From NCBI GenBank assembly GCA_910592345.1, contig CAJVPI010000121.1, forward strand, positions 1 to 51,563: a DNA stretch of 51,563 nucleotides. The letters run 5' to 3'. How positions within the stretch are numbered: the stretch's first letter is position 1; each line of letters starts with the position of its first letter. This document shows, in pieces, positions 43,870 through 51,563 of the stretch. This DNA comes from Paraglomus brasilianum. Taxonomy: Eukaryota. The position numbers and the translations under genes were made by a program. A model generated the notes under the pieces. That model was not told the origin of the DNA. It did not search any database and saw nothing but the letters and a program-made list of their open reading frames with translations.

Positions 43870-45916
43870 AGTTACTACTTATTGGTTTATTGTGATGAAA
43901 TTAAAGTGTAAAGGGGAGAGAGAAAGGTGTGTGTGTGTGAGGGACAGTGAGAGCAAGGTTACTTATAGTAAAAGCCAGCTTGCGAAAGAAGGATATATAA
44001 AGATCGTAATCCGTAGGACAGTCGAGTGTGATAAAAACGAATGTTGCGTATATACCAAATAAAGTTGGTAACGAAGAAGTCAGGATGAGCGAAATGCAAT
44101 ATCTTTATATAGGTTTTTTTTTGGTCGACAACAAGAGATCAACGAGATCTTTAATCATAACAGATACACAGAAAATATGTGTGGTTTGATTAAATATACA
44201 CAAACTAATTTAATTAATGATCATTGATTTAATTTATTAATTTATTCGTATATACTGTATATTTATACATCAACAAAAATGTTGTGGAACATTTATCACG
44301 TTGACTTATCTTTTGTGCTACTTTGTGAAAAAGTTAAATAGATAAACACCAGTATTGAATAGCTATATATACTATGAGCACATGATTGTCTTTCCTTTTC
44401 AATAGATTCATTGTAGAACGACGATAACAGTTTGCACTAATGGGGAAGTCTAGAAAACTTAATCTTTTGGATTTGCTAAACCGGATGTGATAAAAAAGAG
44501 ACACGAGGCGTAGACAATTGCAGTTACAACATGGGTTTTTTGTCTCGTATCTTGCCGAAACAATGATTTCCCGTTTTTCCAGCAGATATGCAAGATCATC
44601 CATATAGTACAATGTACGGAAGCTCCGATAACGTTTATTCTCCGTATATTTACAACTTCTCTATTAGAAAAACAATAGCAACAACACAGCTAGAATATGC
44701 CGTATAAAAAAAATAGTTATACCAAACCACACACAGTCTCTCGCCAATATATCGATTATCAAACACCAGCCGTAGGACATATGATATCCTGACATCCAAT
44801 GATATTGTCATGCTAGTTTAAGTAGTTTCTCTTATCAAAAGTGACACAAATTTACCTTATATGTATTAGATTTGCGCCCAACTAGCCTATCCAAGAAATC
44901 CAAGAAATGGATAGCGGCGGGTGGTTTTCCGTATTAGGAAAGTCGAAATTCTATCAGGGAGCACACAGTTCCGATAAATTTACACAAGTCATCGTCGCAC
45001 AAAAGTGTATGGTATAACGCGACCGCCACAATTATGGGTTTTTACAAGTATTAGTCAAGTGCAGTTAACGAATGGTGTATCAAAACATAAATTACTTCAT
45101 AAAACTTTTGTATTCACATTATAAGTATCCTCATAGTGGTAGTCTCATAGTGGTAGTTTCGTATCAGCCCTTTTTTACAGACGAATGGCAAATTAACGCG
45201 TGTTTCTCATAGTAATGGCTGTATTCCCTTTTCTAGGAATCGATACTCGACCGCACCATCAAACAACATGCTCGATAACATGCTCGATATACTCAGCATA
45301 TGATATGATATACTCATCATATTCAAAGCTTAAATATGATGCTGTGTACCTTGTGGCGCGTTACGTTCCACTTTATATAACAACAAGTATTCTGTTTATA
45401 TTACTAATGTACAATCGACTAATCAGCTATCGTGCGAATAATGAGTAAAACTATGTATGCTGTACATCATTTTCACATGTATTATGAATCCACTGATCTC
45501 GGCCAATAAAAGTTAGTTATATGAATTGAAAAGTCAAACTTGAAGAGTTTTGGTCGTCAATTGATGGAAGGTTTCAACTGTTAAATTGGATACGATGTAA
45601 TTAATTTGAGTTTAATTCCTGACTAATAAATTGAAAGACATTTTGACACAACTACATATTGCATTTCTTATCAACATTTTCAATTCCAAAAAAAGTTAAG
45701 GTTGGTGCAAACGGACTTGTGCGAAAGAAAAAGATAACGTCAAATTCATGATTATCACTGATGATCCTTCTTCCCCATTACTCATTCCCTTTACGTATTC
45801 AATCCTGATATATAAAGTTATACAAAGTCATCTTTTTAGGATAGCACGGCGATATCAGTGCATTATCATATCGTAAACAAGACCATGCGGATGTGGACTT
45901 GTTTAGAGAGATTGTA

Positions 45917-46700
45917 CTAGGGCAGGATATTTTTTGGTTCGTCCGCTTCAAGTCCGTCTGGGTCAGCGTGAAGTTGATCATTGTATGCGGGAATATGGGT
46001 ATTTATTATATCCTATCATGGATAAGCACCCACACATCCACCCATTCATCCATTCATCCATCAATACACATACGCGAATGCACACTCACACACACATCTC
46101 TCTCACCCCTACGAGTGCCGATTCACAAGTATCGGTATCTGTTTGTTCACAACGATCAGTAACAATAAATAAATGAAAGTATATAAAGTGTGTTTATAGA
46201 AAAATGACGAATTCTACAGAAAAATCTCCGAACAAATGTCGAAACGCTTTGTGCGAGGCTGTGGAATTCTGATAGTGGTATTTATTTCCATTGGTGTAAA
46301 ATTCAAGTATCATTGACCAATAAAAGCATACGGAAATATCTTAAGGAAAAAAAAGATGGATTTCCTGCATGATTAGATCTGTGTAATCTTGTGCAATCTT
46401 GTGATCTCAATCTGACATTCCAAGAGCGATAAGCATATCGATATCGATAAGGGTTTCCATTTTCTTTATCCTCCCTCTTCAAAAATACTCTAATGTAAAC
46501 GAATTGTAAAGTAGACCGACACACATAAAATTCTATTAGCATGCAGTCTGTAACGAAAAACAAACAAAACGCGCGCATGTTTATGAAAAACCATATCGTC
46601 ATACAAATATCAGAGTAAATTTCTTGGCCCTTTTATTTCTATGGTGTATTCGGTTCGCATGCTTGGTCAACTTTTCTTCTTCCTTACTATTACTACTCAT
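45917..46700 (-). CDS. Putative small multi-exon orphan protein
   Basis: The last three GT-AG junctions are phase-consistent (...RYF/QFHSLAQSVSTFVRRFF/YTDTCESAL/DIINTHIPAY...KNILP-stop); first exon MSSNSKEEEK... with uncertain acceptor. Confidence 0.4.
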
Positions 46701-47235
46701 ACAACAATATCAAACAATATGGCAGCTTATCAGATGTCGATCACTTCTTATCATTGTTCCATTAGCTTTGCGGCAAGATGTGATTGTCTGCAAGCGCTGT
46801 ATGCTTGCTTATCAATCAAAAAGAAAAAGAAAAAGATACTAACTGCATGTGTTACTCCCAATAACATCGATTCTGTAGCAATTATTAAGTCTTGTTTATT
46901 TCTATTATAAATGTTGTATGACTAACAGTTAAATTTTTTTTCCCTGTTCTACAAATAGATGGTGATATTTTTATTAGTCCAAGAGATCGAAAGATCGAAA
47001 AAGAAAGGTACTGTCTTGTGTGTCAATAGACTACAGGTTTTAAAATGTCTCATATAAATTAAAATAACCACTTGTTTGGGGGCACAACACTCAAGACTGT
47101 TTTACAATTCCGGTACCCCCACAGGAACGATTACGTAGTCGAATGACGAAAAACGACAGACAACTCAAGTAATGAAATTTGTCAATTTATTTTATTAATT
47201 GGCGACTCAAACAGTAACAAAACTTAAATTTACTT

Positions 47236-48813
47236 TTACTTTTTTGTGTCCTCTCTCAATTGGAGTCGCACTTTGCCAGGATATCGTAATGACGCCGCAG
47301 GATATACTTTGGCAGGAAGACCCGTGAATGCGTTTTCATACTTCACTCCATTAATAGTGAATCCACACGTCCTTTGGTTCATGTCCAAATGAACAGTAAC
47401 AGTAGTACCATCACCAAATGCAACACCATACTGACTGCTAGATGCCGGTGGGTTATATTTCGTCCCATTGGATCCTATTACCCATGCGTCTTGCGTTCCC
47501 AAAAACTTTCCAAAATCTATTCCTTCCGTGCATACTCCAATCCACATGACTGAACAAGTTCGAACTATCACAAAATCCCATTCGTACACTCCGTTGTCAC
47601 AAATAGGCAGCTTTGCACTAATCGATTGATGAGCCTGGCATCGAGAATGTGTCTCTGCTAATGCATTATTGGCAGATATTATTAGCTTGTCACCACATTT
47701 AAATTTGTCCCAATGGAGTTCTTCATCCCATCGCAATGTAGATGACGTGGCCAACTCGGAAATAGCAGTCGGTAGAGGGACGGCTTTTGGATCCCCTCGT
47801 CGGCATGAAAGTGGCCCTTTGTTCCGCGCTTGCACTCTGTATGTCTCGAGAAGCGTTTCTTTGGGTATTATGTCTAAAGGTTCTATTACATCTTGAAGTA
47901 CTTCGGCTTTGATCCTTCTAAAATCTACGTATTGGCATACTGGAGATACAACGCCGGCAAATTTATTTAGAAACACTTGATACGATTGGTCATTGACAAT
48001 ATTGTCCGTCTGTGTCCATTCGGTAAAATCATTCATGTGATTTGAGCGAGGGAGATTGGAGTCGAGAAGACTTGCTAAATCAGGCGACACCTCAAGTGCG
48101 CCCCATATCATGATATATCTAAACACGTCGTATTCATCTGTTGCAAAAAAGATTGCCTCGTCGCGCATGGTCAATGACAATAAAACTTGCAGAGATCTCG
48201 ACGTGAACTTTTTGCTATCTATGGCTGTTAATTGCGAACATACGATATATCTACTCAACAAGTAAAACAGCCTATTTACCAATTCAGCATCCGGCATTGC
48301 TTCCAATGCCTTGGACAACAAATCCACCGCATAGTCTGTTGTTTGCGTGGTCAGTTTACTATCGATAAAGTTCAATATGTGATCCTGTAATGGTGTGATC
48401 ATAAAGTAATCGGCTGCTGCGTATGCTATGATTGTGTTTTCGAGCGTTAACGATTCGGGCGCAAGTGTATCGGTGTAAATATATTCAAGGATTACTTTCA
48501 TGGCAGCGCATTTTATGGTTGGAAACGAAATCTCGTTTGCATTCGTTTCTCGCATTCCGTTATACAAAAGACGGTCGAGCATTTCACAACGCGTCGCGAG
48601 GAGTGCACGACAACCGTACAGGACGTCATCTTCGCACATGAGTTTTATGTCACTAATTGAAATAGAATGCCATTGTCACACACCATTTCGATGCCAACTT
48701 TTGACAAATACATCAATTGACTACCTGTATCGGGGATTATTCAAAGCACTTCTTAAATCGTCTACCAACGAGTCTCCTTTCTTCCATCTGTTGATAAGGG
48801 CTTTGATAACCAT
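47236..48813 (-). CDS. BTB/POZ-SPRY domain protein, 2 exons
   Basis: Exon 48813-48725 (MVIK...SLVDDLRSALNNPRYS), intron 48653-48724, then BTB and SPRY domains paralogous to 39852-41321. Confidence 0.92.
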
Positions 48814-51563
48814 AATATGTAGTCAGTTGCTTCACCAAGGATTTTTCTGCTGTTAAACAGGCTGTACCCTTTACTATTATCCTTGATCCCGTATATTCAC
48901 ATTTATAGTTTATGCTCTTCTTTATGAGATTTCCTTTCGCCTTTGTATGTAGCCAATTACAGATTTATTCATAAATCATATGACAAAAGGGTCTTGTCGT
49001 ACAACCGTTACTTGAAAGATTCGAATAATGGGGATTCTATTTAACATTAAATGTATATGTCGCAGCATTGTGGTGATAAAGGCGTCTCACACCTTTTCAT
49101 AGTTAACCTAAAAAAAGGAAAAGAAAAACAACACGGTCTTTACCAGCTGACCATGGTCAAACAAAGAAAACAGTGCTGCGGCTTCGATCTGAAACTTCTA
49201 TTCGGATCTATGTCCACACTTGTTCTATGAAATCACCCCCGCTTCCTTGTTGCTTTATTCAGAATAAATGAGTCGCAAAAAGAGAGAATGACGATAGTGA
49301 CACAAACTGAGGTGCAACTTTGTGAGACATATTATATGGCTTCTACATAAGGAAGGCCAAAAATATTATGATTCCAGAAAATTCGTTAATATTAATATTA
49401 ATTAATATTAATATTAAATTTGTATTTAAATCAAAACTGAGGTTTCGAGGTCTTTATTTAAATCAAAACTGATATACAGACTCACGCATGGATAGATCAG
49501 TGTTATTTCCATGGGCTTTCAAATTAATGTGATCTTCGCCTATGCTTCGGAGTAATTACTTCGGAAAGACACCCTTAAGCGGCACTTTTCATTTGGAAAG
49601 ATCATCATACTTTGGTACCGAGAAAAGTCGCATCCAAAATAAGAACATTGTGCTCGAGTACCTCGATCGTTATGGCGATGCCTCCAACTTTTACTTTTCG
49701 CGACATTTGACTGTGTCACTTAATGCTAAAAAACAAACCTTTTCTTCTCTCTCTCGATGCGTTAGTATGTTACTAGGAATCACGTAATGATAAATAATGC
49801 TTGTTGATTCGATCATTTATGGAATAAACTGGACATTTATTGCAGATATAATTCATCTTCCAAACCCAAGTTTGCTTGCGTCTGACGTATTGTTATTCTA
49901 ATTTGGCGTGTCTATTTTTTAGCATGTTTCCATTTAAATTCCATATGGTTTAGTTCTACTGCAAGATTTCCTTTTTACGCCTGAGAAATTCTCCTCTTCT
50001 AGGCATTGGTCTGTGTTTATTTGATTGAATTACATATTAGTCCCTTTTTTTTATCCAGTTTTGCTAGTCATATCAAGCTAGAGGACAGGAATGGAGAAAC
50101 ACATGGTTTCCTAGTCTGCATAGACAACCTGTTAGGATGCCCCACATTGATTGAGCAAATCAATCTATAATCAGTCTAATCTTACATTGTAAACTATTTA
50201 TTGTCAAAAGACTGTCTTCCGATTGTATTGACGCACCTGAGGGTTGTTGTCGGACTGCTGGAAAGGCAAGATATTTGTAAGTAACAGAATATAAAGATAC
50301 TATACCGTTAGGATTGCTTACAGTTCACGTAAGTAGTAGCTTTATTATATGACGACCTAATTACGTGGCAATATTACAAAGTATACATACGACAGTCTTT
50401 ATAGGTAAATTCTTATTATAATTATAACTTATACTTAAATTATCGAATAGCGAACAACATGTAACCGATGTCCCAAATAGCTATATTGTAACACTTTTCT
50501 CTTATTACTGTCTTTACAAAAAAAATTATTATAGCTACATTTGAAATGGTATTCAATCTTTTCGATCAAAGAAAGGTGGACTTACATAGTTGTTGTAAAA
50601 CCAAAGCAAGGTAGAATGAAGCTCTTTTGCTGAGTTTAGTTTTGCTATTCTAGTTGTGTTTTGAATGGAACATTATTTACACCCGTCTCATCGTATTAAA
50701 TCTGCTCACTTTAGGTTAACCTCAAATTAAAATGAAAACAGAAAGGTAATTAACCCGATTGATTGATCCGGATACTAACACCGTGTAACTCTTTCAAATA
50801 TCACTTGTAAAGAGTTTTAATCTAAAAGAACAACTGATCTTCACATCGTGAAAATTCACCATCAATGTGTCTTCTTGTTTGTAAATCATTCAGCTTCAGT
50901 GTCAACAATGTGGAGCGTAAACTTCAGCCTTTAAATGGAAACAATTAAATGAACAGCGCATGCTTGAGTTTCGATCAAAATGAGAAACCTAGTTCCCTGA
51001 GATCGATAAGGGGACCTCTATCATTTTCATCAGGGAAAATAGATCACGTGTTCACTCGGTCTACGTTACCATGGCAAAAGAATGAGCTTATGGGCAGAGC
51101 CATTAATTAATGGCTGGTTTTTTTTCACAAATATTTCCCATAATTAGCTTACGCCACTAAATTTTTTTCTTGGCCAATTGTCATAGGATTCAACGAAGAA
51201 CTTTTTATAATACACTATATGTTCAGTTAAATTTGCTCCTTTTAATTGGTAAGGAATGCAGGCATTGCAGATTAGCCAAGAAAGTAGTTGTTTATGAGAA
51301 CTCTCTCTGAACACTTGCTTAGTGTGCACTGGCAGAAGGAGACAGAAAACAAAGATCAAGTTTATATGATTTGCGGAAAAACCATCCACCACTTTATTCG
51401 TAATAGCAAAGTTAAAAATGACGACACCTAAGTCTACAACTCGTTAATCGATCTTATGCCTATTTAGAATCTTGCGAATCAAACATCTCGTCATTTGATC
51501 GCTCATCTATTCTCTGATATTCAGTATTTCCAAGATTTTCTTGCTATGTTTTGAAAGTTTAGA

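Noticed and set aside
49385..49420. Perfect AT palindrome TTAATATTAATATTAATTAATATTAATATTAA
   Set aside because: Low-complexity slippage; similar tracts occur at ~18795 and ~39565.
49500..51000. Possible hAT/BED-finger relic on minus strand (TWVWKMNYICNKC)
   Set aside because: Too degenerate to support without a profile search.

Overview
AT-rich, intron-rich fungal DNA. The gene families (BTB-SPRY pair, Sel1-repeat relic, AMT) and short introns suggest an early-diverging fungus, probably Glomeromycota; this is inference. Recognisable genes are MCM4, NMT1, an NmrA/Rossmann-like protein, an I78-type protease inhibitor missed by the ORF track, the thiamine-pyrophosphate carrier TPC1, telomerase reverse transcriptase (TERT), an AMT/MEP ammonium transporter and two BTB-SPRY proteins. 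They are interspersed with MITEs, Tc1 relics, LTR-like repeats and an inverted ~1.5 kb duplication carrying decayed cysteine-rich secreted-peptide genes. The standout is the telomerase locus (29.2-36.2 kb). Three exons encoding an Est3/TPP1-like OB fold can splice in frame, through an acidic linker, onto the TERT TEN domain. About 500 bp upstream on the same strand is a non-coding region with an 11-nt telomerase-template-like sequence (AACCCTAACCC) enclosed by a long-range helix. Together these make a candidate TR + Est3/TPP1 + TERT telomerase cluster or fusion.
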